Source of the DNA: Octopus sinensis
Taxonomy: Eukaryota
DNA: 64,000 nucleotides
Direction of reading: 5' to 3'
Assembly: GCF_006345805.1 (NCBI RefSeq)
Contig: NC_043012.1
Location: 38,192,001 to 38,256,000 of the forward strand
Positions 13,124 to 25,188 of the stretch are shown piece after piece (positions within the stretch are counted from its first letter, which is position 1; every line of letters starts with the position of its first letter). The notes under the pieces are model-generated. The model saw only the letters and a list, made by a program, of their open reading frames with translations, did not search any database and was not told the origin of the DNA. Both the position numbers and the translations under genes were made by a program.

Positions 13124-13505
13124 GTAGGTCCCGGGTTGAGTCGGGGTTAGCCACAGTAAATAAGGTACTCAATACATAGCAGAGTAAATTAATTTATTTT
13201 ATAGAAGGAGCTTCTACAGGACTAGAACTGTTTCATTCAAAAGAAATCATCATATATATGTATATATATATATATATATATGTATATGTGTGTGTATATA
13301 TATATATATATATATGTATAAGTGATAGTCTCCTTATTTACCTAAAACTCTATTATTCTATTTATTCTTTTATCTACTTTATCACTGATTCCTTTGACCA
13401 CTCCCCTAAGAAAGATAGTTTGTGCCATGCCTACCCCAAAATGTCCCCCCACCACCCCTTTAAATCTGCCTAAATGTATAAATGCCAAAACTATTCTTGT
13501 CACCT

Positions 13506-13556
13506 AGCTTCCTGGTGATTTCTTTTGAATGAAACAGTTCTAGTCCTGTAGAAGCT
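13506..13556 (+). ncRNA. Type I hammerhead-like motif (A6G in this copy)
   Basis: AGCTTC-CTGGTGA-tTTC(tttt)GAAt-GAAA-CAG(ttctagtc)CTGT-A-GAAGCT; 6-bp stem I, 4-bp stem III, GUA triplet. Inverted partial copy at 13201-13251 retains TGATGA but is truncated at C3. Confidence 0.7.
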
Positions 13557-14434
13557 CCTTCTATAATATATATATATATATATATATATTCTCTCTTACC
13601 TGTTTGTGTCTGCCTTCCAAATGCTGTTTTTACTGAGATCTCCCTTTTTAGTAGAAGAAATAGCTATAACCCTTTGACTGCTATTTCTAAATTCGGTATG
13701 TGGTAAGGCAACTCGTTGCTAAACCCTTATTGCTTAGTATATATATATACATGTATACATATATATATATATTGCAATCTGTATATCATACTTAAAGCAT
13801 ATAAATCGTTAAAAGGCTGAAAGCAAATGTAATGTATACATGCACATATATTGTATACATACATGTGCATGCATACATACATACACATACATACCTACAT
13901 ATATACACACATACATACATTACACCTCCAGCCATTGGGGCACTGGGATATGTAACACACTGCCTAAGTACCAGTCTTCAGAAATTAGGATTTTCAGGAA
14001 CAAGCATGATTTGAAGACTACAGATCCAAGCCATAACTAGAATTATAAAAAGTTTGCAAAATTTTTCTGAAGAATACCATTCAAGTATTTATGCAGATGT
14101 CTAGACATGCAATTATAAACAAGTGAATAGATACATAAAACAAAACACACAAATCTACACATGTACTGACTCTAACTAATGCACACATAATATTTACATG
14201 CAAAAATACCTTGTGGATGTTGATGAAATTATAATGAAGAGGCTGCAGGTCCAGGTTAGAAACCGGCTCATTCTCTGGTGACAAGAAATCTTGAAATAAA
14301 ACTGAATAATTACATACATACATATACACACACATATATATCTTTTGTCAATATTTATCCATACAGAGTAGAAAAAAATCTATCTATATATTTATATATA
14401 TATATATATATGTGTGTGTATATATATATGTATA

Positions 14435-14471
<37 letters not shown>

Positions 14472-14921
14472 GTTCATATATATATATACATATACGCATG
14501 TCCCCGCTACCGAAACGGTAATTATTTCTACGCCAGCTGCTATGTTGTTGTTGTTTTGTCTCATTTGGTCTAAAGTCGTATGACAACCACCGTTATATAT
14601 ATTTTGTTTATTCATTACTGTTTTCAATTTCGTTTTCGTCTCTTGTATTCACATCCGTCTTGTGCGTTCACATTCCTGTCTTCTACCAAGAAATCTAATG
14701 CTTACAGCTTAGCTTTTTTTCTTGGGGCTGGCCGAGTTGGAGCAAATATCAGAATTGAACAGCCGAAATTTGCTATGATGATTCGGTGTCTGACTGAAGA
14801 TTGAAGGCTTCGAATGATTTGTCTGTGTTCCGTGTTCGTCCCTTCCTGTATTTCACGTTCATTATATATAAAAACATTCATTCTTATATATATATATATA
14901 TGTATATATATGTATTCATAT

Positions 14922-14955
<34 letters not shown>

Positions 14956-14969
14956 GTATGTGTATATAT

Positions 14970-15019
<50 letters not shown>

Positions 15020-15491
15020 ACACATATATACACACACACTATATAGTTTTACACGTAGAATCTTTCTACTGTTTTAAGAGCATTTGTTGAATCCCATGAC
15101 AAACACACATAGACACACAGACACAAACACATACACTCATGCACACGCACACACTTACACTTATACGTACGAACACACATGCACACACACACATACATAC
15201 TCCGACACGTAAGGACATTCCTGATATTTTTTTTTCATTCCGTTCTATTTTACCTTATAGATTTTTCATTTCTTTCTCTTCGCATAATCATATTCGCGTT
15301 TGTTGTTGCTTCTGCAGTCGTTTTTGTTGTCCTAGTTGATATAATTATATAATATTTCAAATATATTAAAAAAATTGTTTCGATAATAATTTTGTTCGTA
15401 TTTTGTTTTACAGTGACATTTTGGATTGTTCACACATACACATACTCACACACAAACAGAAGCACATTCACATATATACATGTATGTATAA

Positions 15492-15532
<41 letters not shown>

Positions 15533-17045
15533 GTATATATACACATATACACATATATATTTATATATTTATATATACATATCTATACATATAACCACAT
15601 GTATATACCTGTATATACCTAGATATCTGCAAGTATAATGCTTACATATCATGTATATCTACATCTACCTCACTATCGATAAATATATATGTGTGTGAAT
15701 GTTTGAGTATGTGTATACACCTGTGCCCATATGTATATGTAATATAACAATATATATATATATACATGCATACAAGCATGCATATACATACACACTTACT
15801 TATATATACGTACATATATGTCTATATACATATAAGATATGTTACATATATATATATAATATTGTATATATATATATATTATATTGTATATATACATATA
15901 TATTATATTGTATATATATATACACACACACATATATAGCATGAGACTTCCAAAATGTCATTGCAAACCAGTAAACACGCAGTGTACATAAGAAATTCTC
16001 GAAGCTATTTTTTCTGTACATTTGAATTATTATATAATCATTAAAACAACAAGAATAACCAGATCGACAACAACAACCTCAAGCACAATAAGAAACTAAA
16101 ATATAATTATGCAAAAGACGAAGACGAAGAAAAAGAAGAAGAAGAAATGCCATGTATATCCCTGTGATAAAGCATATCGAAATGAAGAATTGAAAAATAA
16201 TATTATTGTTTTGTAGTTTCAACAATTCCAATATCAGAAATATGAATTATACGAAGAGCGAGGAATGAATAATAAAAAAGAAAATAACAACAACAACAAA
16301 ATCATGATTTTTGATATTCAAAAGTGAATTCTTCTCTTTTGCTTACAAGTACAAAATATTGGATTTGTTGCTCCAGGAATTTTGATTTTAGATATTCGTA
16401 TATAAAGTGTAAAATAAGGAAGGAAAAATTATGGCGTTTTCTCTATTGTGTAACATCTAACAATATGTTTTCACTTATAGTGACCAGAAGAACACACACA
16501 CACACACACACACACACAAATACACACACACACACACATAAACACACACACACACATATATATATAGGCATACATATCATATAGATGTATATCTTCATAA
16601 ATAGCACTAGTAGACATATACAATTACGTTAATATGTACAATCGAGCGAGTATTCAAACACGTATAGTATTAGTTATTTTTTTCTTCATATGATAATTCA
16701 CTTCGATATTTCTTAGTGTTTCTCGCATATAGCGATATAATAGAATGGATGCCATATATATACATACATACATACATATATATATATGCACACATACAAT
16801 TATGTATTTATGTATGGATATATGTATAGCTCAGTTGGTCGTTATGCTGCTAAAATATATTTATGTGCATATATATGTATGTATATGTGTATGTAAGGCG
16901 TTTGTGAAGGGTATGTAATTGGTATACGACTTAAAATCAGCGTACTTAAAGTAACTTTAGGTGAAGTATGAAACAGCTGTAAACAAATAGCTTAAATATC
17001 TTTTATCTTTATCTTCTACTAAATTCTGCTAATACATACATACAT

Positions 17046-17095
<50 letters not shown>

Positions 17096-17136
17096 TATAT
17101 ATATATACATATATATATACATATATATATATATAC

Positions 17137-17189
<53 letters not shown>

Positions 17190-17217
17190 TATAATATATA
17201 TATATATACATATACAT

Positions 17218-17315
<98 letters not shown>

Positions 17316-17320
17316 ATATA

Positions 17321-17660
17321 AAATTAACAGAATGAGATAAAAATCCAAGGCTGTGAAAGATTTTAGAACATTTATAAAGAGAAGCTGTTACAGCTGTTTC
17401 CGGGATATTTTATATATCCCTTCATCGGAGACGGCGCGAGAAAATGGTTACGCTATAATTATTCTAGATAAGATATGAAATACAGAGTGAAGTGGAGTTT
17501 CAAATTTTCTCTAGAATAACTATAGCTTAACTATATTCTCGTACCGTCTCCGATGAAGGGATATATAAAATATCCCGGAAACAGCTGTAAGACCTTCTCT
17601 TTATAAATGTTTTAAAATCTTTCACACTCTTGGATTTTTATCGCATTCTGTTAATTTGTT
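17321..17660. mobile_element. HHR-bearing inverted-repeat element (~115-bp arms)
   Basis: aaaattaacagaatgagataaaaatcc...ggagacgg mirrored by ccgtctcc...ggatttttatcgcattctgttaattt; bounded by (TA)n. Confidence 0.75.
17546..17593 (+). ncRNA. Minimal type I hammerhead-like motif with variant core (CCGAUGA)
   Basis: GTCT-CCGATGA-A-GGGATAT(ataaa)ATATCCC-G-GAAA-CAGCTGT-A-AGAC; palindromic stem III ACAGCTGT, GUA triplet; U4 is replaced by C. Mirror copy at 17386-17432 (minus) has a disrupted stem I. Confidence 0.72.
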
Positions 17661-17800
17661 TTATATATATGCTAATATATGACCTACGTTGGACTCCTCA
17701 TTCGCATAATTACCGAATCTGGAGCATAACTATAGTCTGTCCATAGCACTTACTCAGCATTACCTGACACCTTTGGGTCTTCATGACACCATTACCTCTC

Positions 17801-17833
<33 letters not shown>

Positions 17834-18139
17834 ATCGCGCGTGGTCGTCAGTTAGATTCCTGGTGACGTGTTGTTCCCTTGAGCAGGACACCTCATTTCA
17901 TGTTGCTCCAGTCCACTCTGCTGGTAAGAATGAGTAGTACCTGTAATTCAAAGGGGCCAGCCTTGTCACAGTCTGTGTGTCACGACGCATCTTCGTGAGA
18001 ACTACGTTAAGGGTTCATGTGTATGGGGAATGGTCAGCCAAATGCACGTTAATTTCACGGGCAAGGTGTTCCGTTAATCGTATCAGCTGGGACCCTCGTT
18101 ATCGTAACCGACGGAGTGCTCCATATATATATATATACA

Positions 18140-18472
18140 TACAACTTATAAACAAGGGCTAAAGAAAATTATTTCTATGCCAATATGCTGATAACAGACT
18201 TTTAAATCGTCAATTTCCACATATTATTTACTCGCTACAGAAAACACGTAGAGCTGAAATCGAGGAAAGCCAGCCAATAGAATTTTTTTTAAAATGTTCG
18301 TTATTTCTATATTGAATCAATTTCGGAATTAATCTCATAATAGATTTCTTCCTCTTCAGTAGAAAATACGAAAAGACATAAATAAGATACTTACATGCGC
18401 CCTTTTTTCCAAAGTCTGTCATCAGCATATTGGCATAGAAATAATTTTCTTTAGCCCTTATTTATAAGTTGC
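18140..18472. mobile_element. HHR-bearing element with inverted copy of its 3'-terminal ~65 nt
   Basis: Arms about 18140-18203 and 18409-18472 flank the minus-strand HHR; homologous to the 51 kb element around and downstream of the HHR. Confidence 0.7.
18304..18365 (-). ncRNA. Type I hammerhead ribozyme, canonical core
   Basis: Minus strand reads TTTCTA-CTGAAGA-GGAA(gaaatctattatgagattaa)TTCC-GAAA-TTGA T TCAA-TA-TAGAAA: 6-bp stem I, 4-bp stem II plus extension, near-palindromic stem III, AUA triplet. Confidence 0.9.
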
Positions 18473-19199
18473 TTACACATTTTTTGATGGAATTTTTTTC
18501 TGTAAAAAAACCTCATCCTATATTAGTAGTAGTAGACATACACGCATGCACACACACACAAACCCACACACACATATATAGTTAAAGACACTCTCCTAGG
18601 GTGCCACGTAGATGTGTGTGGTGTGTTTGTATGTATACATACATATTCATACACACACATACTTCCTTCCCCTACACTCACACTCAAATCATCTGTAAAC
18701 AAGAAAAGTCCGAACGTTTGAAGTTCGAATATTGAAAACAGAATTTTAAAATATTTTCCGGAAAAAAATAATGTCACAAACTCTCTATATTGTTGCTATA
18801 TTGGGTATCTAAATTGCTATATGTGTGGTTTGTCGTTCTATTTATAGAAGATTTGTTGCTGATGTAGTAACTAGTGTGGTAAAAAGATATTGGCGTGACT
18901 GTGAAGTAACAAGCTTGCTTCCCACCGACATGGTTCATGGTTCAGTCCGCTGCGTGGCACCCTAAAAGAGTGTCTTTAACTATAGCCTCGGACTGACCAA
19001 AGCCTCGTGAGTGGATTTGGTAGAGGGAAACTGTGAGAAACCCGTCATATATATAGTATTTGTATATATGTGTGTGCGTGTATGTACACAGGGTGTGGGA
19101 AATATATTGTCGGCTTTAGATGCAAATGCCCCCCCAAAAAACCTGGCATCTCATTTTAACATATGTTGTATCGCATGTTCGACGAACGATATAATGGGA

Positions 19200-19268
<69 letters not shown>

Positions 19269-19294
19269 AACTAATAATAATAATAATGATAATA

Positions 19295-19602
19295 AGGCGA
19301 CTACAGTACCAGTGATTGTAGGATCTCTAGGAATGATAAAAAAGGTACTGAAACCTATTTGAAAATGATTCCAGGCTTACCATCCCTACAGGAAGTGCAA
19401 AAAATCGTATTATATGGAACGGCTCATGTACCGAGAAGAGCATTATCGCTGTGAAAATAACATCCATCCATGAATTTATTTATTTATTAATTTTTAAATA
19501 CATATTTTATCTGTGAATTTGCGCGTGTAATCTGGGAATGCATACAATGAGCTTCTCTGCCCTAGGTGTATGGAAAACACTTGGCGAGAAACGGAAGAAA
19601 AC
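19295..19602 (+). mobile_element. Short 5'-truncated copy of the second R4/Dong-like family
   Basis: Matches the reverse complement of about 61965-62270; flanked by (TAA)n on both sides. Confidence 0.85.
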
Positions 19603-19638
<36 letters not shown>

Positions 19639-19926
19639 TAATAATAATATAATAATAATAATAATAATAATATCCTTGCTAATAATTCTACTCAAGATAC
19701 TGGTAATAACCCTCGACGATACGCAATTCTCGGTTTTACTCTGCTCTTGTTTTACGATTGCCTTCAGTAACTCTTCCATTTTGGTACTATTCGAAACCTC
19801 ATCACCACTGTTGAAGGCTCTGTGCGCATGTCCATTTATATTGTGACACAGTCCATTAGACGCCAACCAATAACAGTGTTCTACTTCATATATTTACCAA
19901 AATTGCATTAAAATATCTTGAAATAC

Positions 19927-20345
19927 TTATTCAATAAAATCGCTATTGGCTTCAACCACAAACTCCAGACGACTTCGGAGTCCCCTGCATCTTTTCTGGA
20001 CGGTCTCCTTTTTTGAATTGGTGAATTATGCCATAGTCCTTGCCTTCAGTTCATCTTTTGTGTTAGAAGGAGTTTTGTTGGTCTCTCACTCAACTGCGCC
20101 TCACATACAATAATCAAGGGTTGGGAAATTAGGTGGCAAATGCTAGGGGTGATGTGGTCGCAGAATTTGTTCGACAGCCATGACTGGGTTCTCTTGCTTG
20201 TGTGGCATGGTGCAGAGTCCTGCTGCCAGACATTGGGTCTTCCTGTAACCACCCTCTTGACCCAAGGCAGCACTACCTCCGCCAGACACTTGATGTAGGC
20301 CTCCGTGTTGAGTGCGAGGCCGTGTGGGAAGATGAATGGAAGCAA
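19927..20345 (-). pseudogene. Tc1/mariner-superfamily transposase C-terminal fragment
   Basis: YIKCLAEVVLPW..VWQQDSAPCHTSKRTQSWL and RCRGLRSRLEFVVEANSDFIE* in shifted frames. Confidence 0.75.
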
Positions 20346-21019
20346 TAACGTCGACATCGTTAGTAATCACACACACACATACTGCCAAAAGCAAATACCA
20401 GTCAACAGTCAGTTTATAGAGTTGATTATTAACATCTAACCATGTAAACACGGCTTTAAAAAATCACTCGACCGAACGAACCTTCCCGCACAAAAACATT
20501 AAACAGTTGAGACAAAAAATATTCAAACAACTTAAAGTAGAGAATTGTGGTTTCCTGACTGTTTAATGAAATGCGTCTCAGGACAATCAGACGGGTGTGA
20601 TGAAAGTAATTGCATTTTAGGCAGAGAGAGGTGAAAAACAAAAAAAAAAAAACAATAATTACAAATTTAACTAAAACAATTAATAAGAATAGCTGAAAAT
20701 ATACAACTAGGGACCTTTTTTTTTAATTAAAACAACCATTAAAAGCAACAAAGTATTAGATAGGAAAATACATATTTTAAATGACATAAATTCATGTTCC
20801 GTTAAAAATGTTGAAATTCCAAAGAGACTAAGATGCAACATTTTGTTCTTTAACAAATCTTCTTAAACAATAAAAAAAATCTTGAACACTTAAAGAAAAT
20901 TGAAAGAGAAACAAGTTTTTAGCGTAAATAAATTTAATCATCTAAAAAATTTTATTATCGCTATATCTACAATTTTAAACTAAATCTTGCTAACTGTAAA
21001 CATATTTTTGTATATTTCC

Positions 21020-21083
<64 letters not shown>

Positions 21084-21139
21084 AACTTTTGTCAGTGTCC
21101 TAACTAGTTTCATCTCTATTTGGATATTCATTAGAGAAT

Positions 21140-21203
21140 ACGTTCTTAGCATTCAGCTGTTGATATCAAACACGTTCTTAGCATTCAGCTGTTGATATCA
21201 AAC
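21140..21203. repeat. 32-bp perfect tandem duplication
   Basis: acgttcttagcattcagctgttgatatcaaac x2. Confidence 0.9.
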
Positions 21204-22292
21204 ACGAACCAGAACAACTGAAATAGCTAATTTGAAAAATCATGCATTTGTTGGCCATTATTATTTAATTAATAAATATCTACAGCACAGTGTATTTTTA
21301 ATCATCTGAACTGTTTTTATATAGATGTTCCTACAATTTCAGCTGGGTCATGTTTGGTGTCTAATAAATCTACAAACTGTCAAAATGGGCAGAAAAGGTA
21401 GATATTTTTTGTTCTCAAAATCCTCCAAATAATGATGAAACTATCAGGCAGATCGTTATACTTTATGCCAACAGGGAGATATAAAAAATGTGTTCGCGTT
21501 TATCTACGTTACGTACCAAGGTTTATATTGTCCAAACTCATAGGACCTGTGGAGCCGGTTGCCCGGTTTCCATGGGGTATAAGTGACCAAGGTCACAATA
21601 TTCAACTTGAATGGGACACCTGTTCGACGTAGGGTTGGTCAAGTTCAGAGGTGTGGAAGGAGCCTCGTGAAATGTGTTTGATCTGAGCATCGAAACCATG
21701 ATTACAAAATCGTGATTGGAACACCCTAAGCACTGAGCGATGCGACTTCACACCTTATCGTAGAGGTACACCTCTCTGAAAAGAGTTTATGCGATTCAAT
21801 ATAGAATGGCGGCGAGCTGGCAGAATCTTTAGCACACTGGAGAAATTGCTTAGCGGCGTTTCTACTGGCTTTAGGTTCTGAGTTCAAAATCCACCGAGGT
21901 CAATTTTGCCTTTCATCCTTTCAGGGTCGATGGGATAAGTACCAGTTGAACAATGGTGTCGATGTAATCAACATACACCTGCAATGAATTTGTTGGCCTT
22001 CTGCCAAAATTTAAAACCAATATCTAAATATAAATCGGTATTTTCAATAATCAATTTAAAATGAATAAAATTCTATTTTTCAAATAAATCTCAAGTGAGA
22101 TGTAAATCTATTCGTGACCGTAGCCCAGCAGTTCAATAATGCAAATCAATGCTCCACTTCAAATTAAGAATGGCGGAGTGTATCAAGAAATTTTATATTG
22201 AAATTCTTTTGCCAGGTTTAAAAAGTTGTTATTATTGCAAAATAGCGAATTGTCATCTATGACACAACCACACACATTTAGTAGTAAATATC

Positions 22293-22746
22293 ATACAGCA
22301 TCTCGAAAGAGTCCAGAAGCTGGCTACCCGCATGGTTCATGGTCTCAAAAATTTGTCCTATGAAGGAAGGCTGAGGACGCTCGACCTTCATTCTCTAGAA
22401 AAACGCCGCCGCCGTGGTGATCTCATTCTCACCCACAACATCATAAGCGGAAAGTGTAATCTCTCGAAAGAGCTGTTCTTCACTCCTGCTCCAGAGCGTC
22501 GGCTGCGGGGTCATTCCGAAAAGCTCTACCTGCGACGATTTCATCTCAATCGAAGGAGAGGGGTTTTCTCCGTCCGGGTTGCGGATCCGTGGAAGAAGCT
22601 GCCAGACGAGATGGTGAAGATGCCGATGACCGCTCGGTTCAAAGCCTCCCTTGACCTCAAGTGGCCTGAACTCTTTACATGAACACCACCCTGTACTTAA
22701 CTCCATGTCCCCCTACATGGCCTTGCTATTTGCTTTTGAGCCAAAT

Positions 22747-22776
<30 letters not shown>
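22293..22776 (+). mobile_element. CR1/L2-like LINE 3' end
   Basis: LERVQKLATRMVHGLKNLSYEGRL..SLEKRRRRGDLI..RGH..FSVRV..W..LP..FK.SLD, short 3' UTR, (ACTA)n tail 22746-22776. Confidence 0.85.
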
Positions 22777-22779
<3 letters not shown>

Positions 22780-23511
22780 TTGTTCTATAAATTATAACCA
22801 GTAATTCTACGAAGTACTGTAGTAACCATACCACTATACCGACAGAAGACAGGATGTTGATATTCTTTATGGAGCTCTAAACTAACGAGTTGTCGTTGTA
22901 CATCTAAATCAACACACTCACATATACACTCATTCCACTCATACATACCCATACACGCACACACGCTCACTCGTGCACACATGTTAGTGTTTGTGGCATA
23001 TTTCAACTGTAGTGACCGTAAAGAAAATTTTTCTCTTTTGCTAAAATGGTGTGAAAACACGCTATCTGTTCAACGTCGCCATCTATCAAGATTCCCAGAC
23101 ATCGATGTTTCTAGCTCGTTGGCTTTTATCAATGGGAAGTACCTAAGAGAGGCGACTCTGAACAGATCTTATAAAGCGACAGCTTTATGTAAAAATATAC
23201 ATATACAAGCACGCATGTATGCACATATATTACGTATAAGTAATCATGTGAATAAAAGTGATCTGCAATTAGAAAACAAATGATACAATACATTCAGAAT
23301 GTTGAGTACATTCAAAAATACCTTGCGTTGGCGTGTGCGTGCTTGCTGGCACGCGCACGCTCGTGTTACGTGCAAAGATGGAAACCAGTGTAAATAACTT
23401 ATCGTATTTGTAGCTAAAAAAATTACATAATTTTGTAAAACATTCGTTGAATATTTCGTTTAAGGATTTGGTTTGCAAGATTCTTTATATGAGTTCGTGT
23501 GTTGAAGCATT

Positions 23512-23824
23512 TTCTGTTGTGTCTGGGGAGAGTTATTTTCCTTTTGTGCCGTATAATATAACACACTCACAGGTAAAATTTCCACTTATTTCTAATTTTT
23601 ATTTTCCTAAAATGTTCGTTGCGTCTTGCAACCTTTTCAATAGTCTTGACTCTGTCCGTTATTTACACTGCGTTCCCTGGACAGAGTCAAGACTATTGAA
23701 AAGGTTGCAAGACGCAACGAACATTTTAGGAAAATAAAAATTAGAAATAAGTGGAAATTTTACCGGTGAGTGTGTTACATTATAAGGCACAAAAAGAAAA
23801 TGACTCTCCCCAGACACAACAGAA
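23512..23824. repeat. Fold-back inverted repeat, 146-bp arms, 21-bp spacer
   Basis: Arms 23512-23657 and 23679-23824 are reverse complements with few mismatches. Confidence 0.9.
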
Positions 23825-25138
23825 TCCGTTGAATACAGATCAATGAAATAAAATGGAAGCAATGCCTGCAACATGGCTGCAACGAAACAATTAACTTCAA
23901 GGCAGTGCCGCCAACATGGCCGCTGTGGAATTATCAAATTAAGGGCAGTGACTGTAGCATGGCCAGATGCAATGCGTACTTTCAAGTAAGTAGTTCCAAC
24001 GTGTGGCTATAATGCGGTAAATACTTTTAAAATTGCGTGGTGACATTGCATGCGATGCAGTAAATAGTTTGTAAGTAGTGCCTTCAATATCATTGCATTG
24101 CTGTGAGTATCTTCAAGGCAGCGCCTCTATGCTGGCTGCAAGTCAATGATTGAAAGTAGTAAGAAGTAAAGGAAAATAAGAATAATGGCCACAGTATTAT
24201 TAGGATTGGTGACACGCCACCATTAATGGTATAGAGAATATATAAAATCTATCATTAATGGCACACAGGATGTATAAAACTATCAAGAAATATTTTTTGA
24301 CAATGAAAAAGCAAAATTTGAATAAAAATGTCACTCATAAAAATATTTAAATTTTTTTATATTTCCAAAAGAAATAAACATAAAGACGAAAAATTATTAT
24401 AATTGAAAAGAACTAAATATAAAATAAATCACGAAGTATCAAACTCTCACACATGTATACACATACATACATACATACATACATACATACATACATACAT
24501 AAAAGCACTCAGTCGCATGCATACTCTTATATTCACCCACACATGCTAGTATACATATATACATTATTACAGAAATTTTCACACAAACGTATACATACGC
24601 TCATGGCTTCTTTTTCACAGAAACATTAACGCGCGCTTATATACACCAGTTCACACGCATGCGTATAAAAATATAATCAAGCATGCGTATACTCACATAT
24701 ACAAGCACCCAATAACAAAAATATACACGCAGGTTTATAGATACGCACGTGAAAGATAACACACATGCGAAAATACACATACATATGTCCATGTAAAAAA
24801 AAGACACTAGACTTAAATACACATGGAATTACGCACATGCATGGATGCAAAAACATACACAAATGTACACATGAAGCATATAAAAGCAAATACCTATATA
24901 TATATGTATATATATATACACACATTAAAAATGCGTACATGGAATACACATAAATAAACACGCTCATGCATAACGTAAAGACAAATGGAGGCGCTGGCGT
25001 GGCTGTGAGGTCAGGAGGATGTTTCCCAACCACATGGTTCTGCCTTTCGTTCATCTGCGAGCTACCTTCTTTTATAAACCCCGGGCCTACCACAGCCTTG
25101 TAAGTAAATTTGGTCGACGGAAATTGAAAGAAGCTCCC

Positions 25139-25187
<49 letters not shown>

Positions 25188-25188
<1 letters not shown>

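Noticed and set aside
14725-14775. GGCTG...CAGCC-GAAA resembling stem II of the 775-820 ribozyme
   Set aside because: No CUGANGA upstream.
18395-18430. Minus-strand CTGATGA-cagactttg-GAAA in the inverted arm
   Set aside because: No stem III/NUH or stem I partner, and homology with the 51 kb element shows this segment is antisense to the true HHR.
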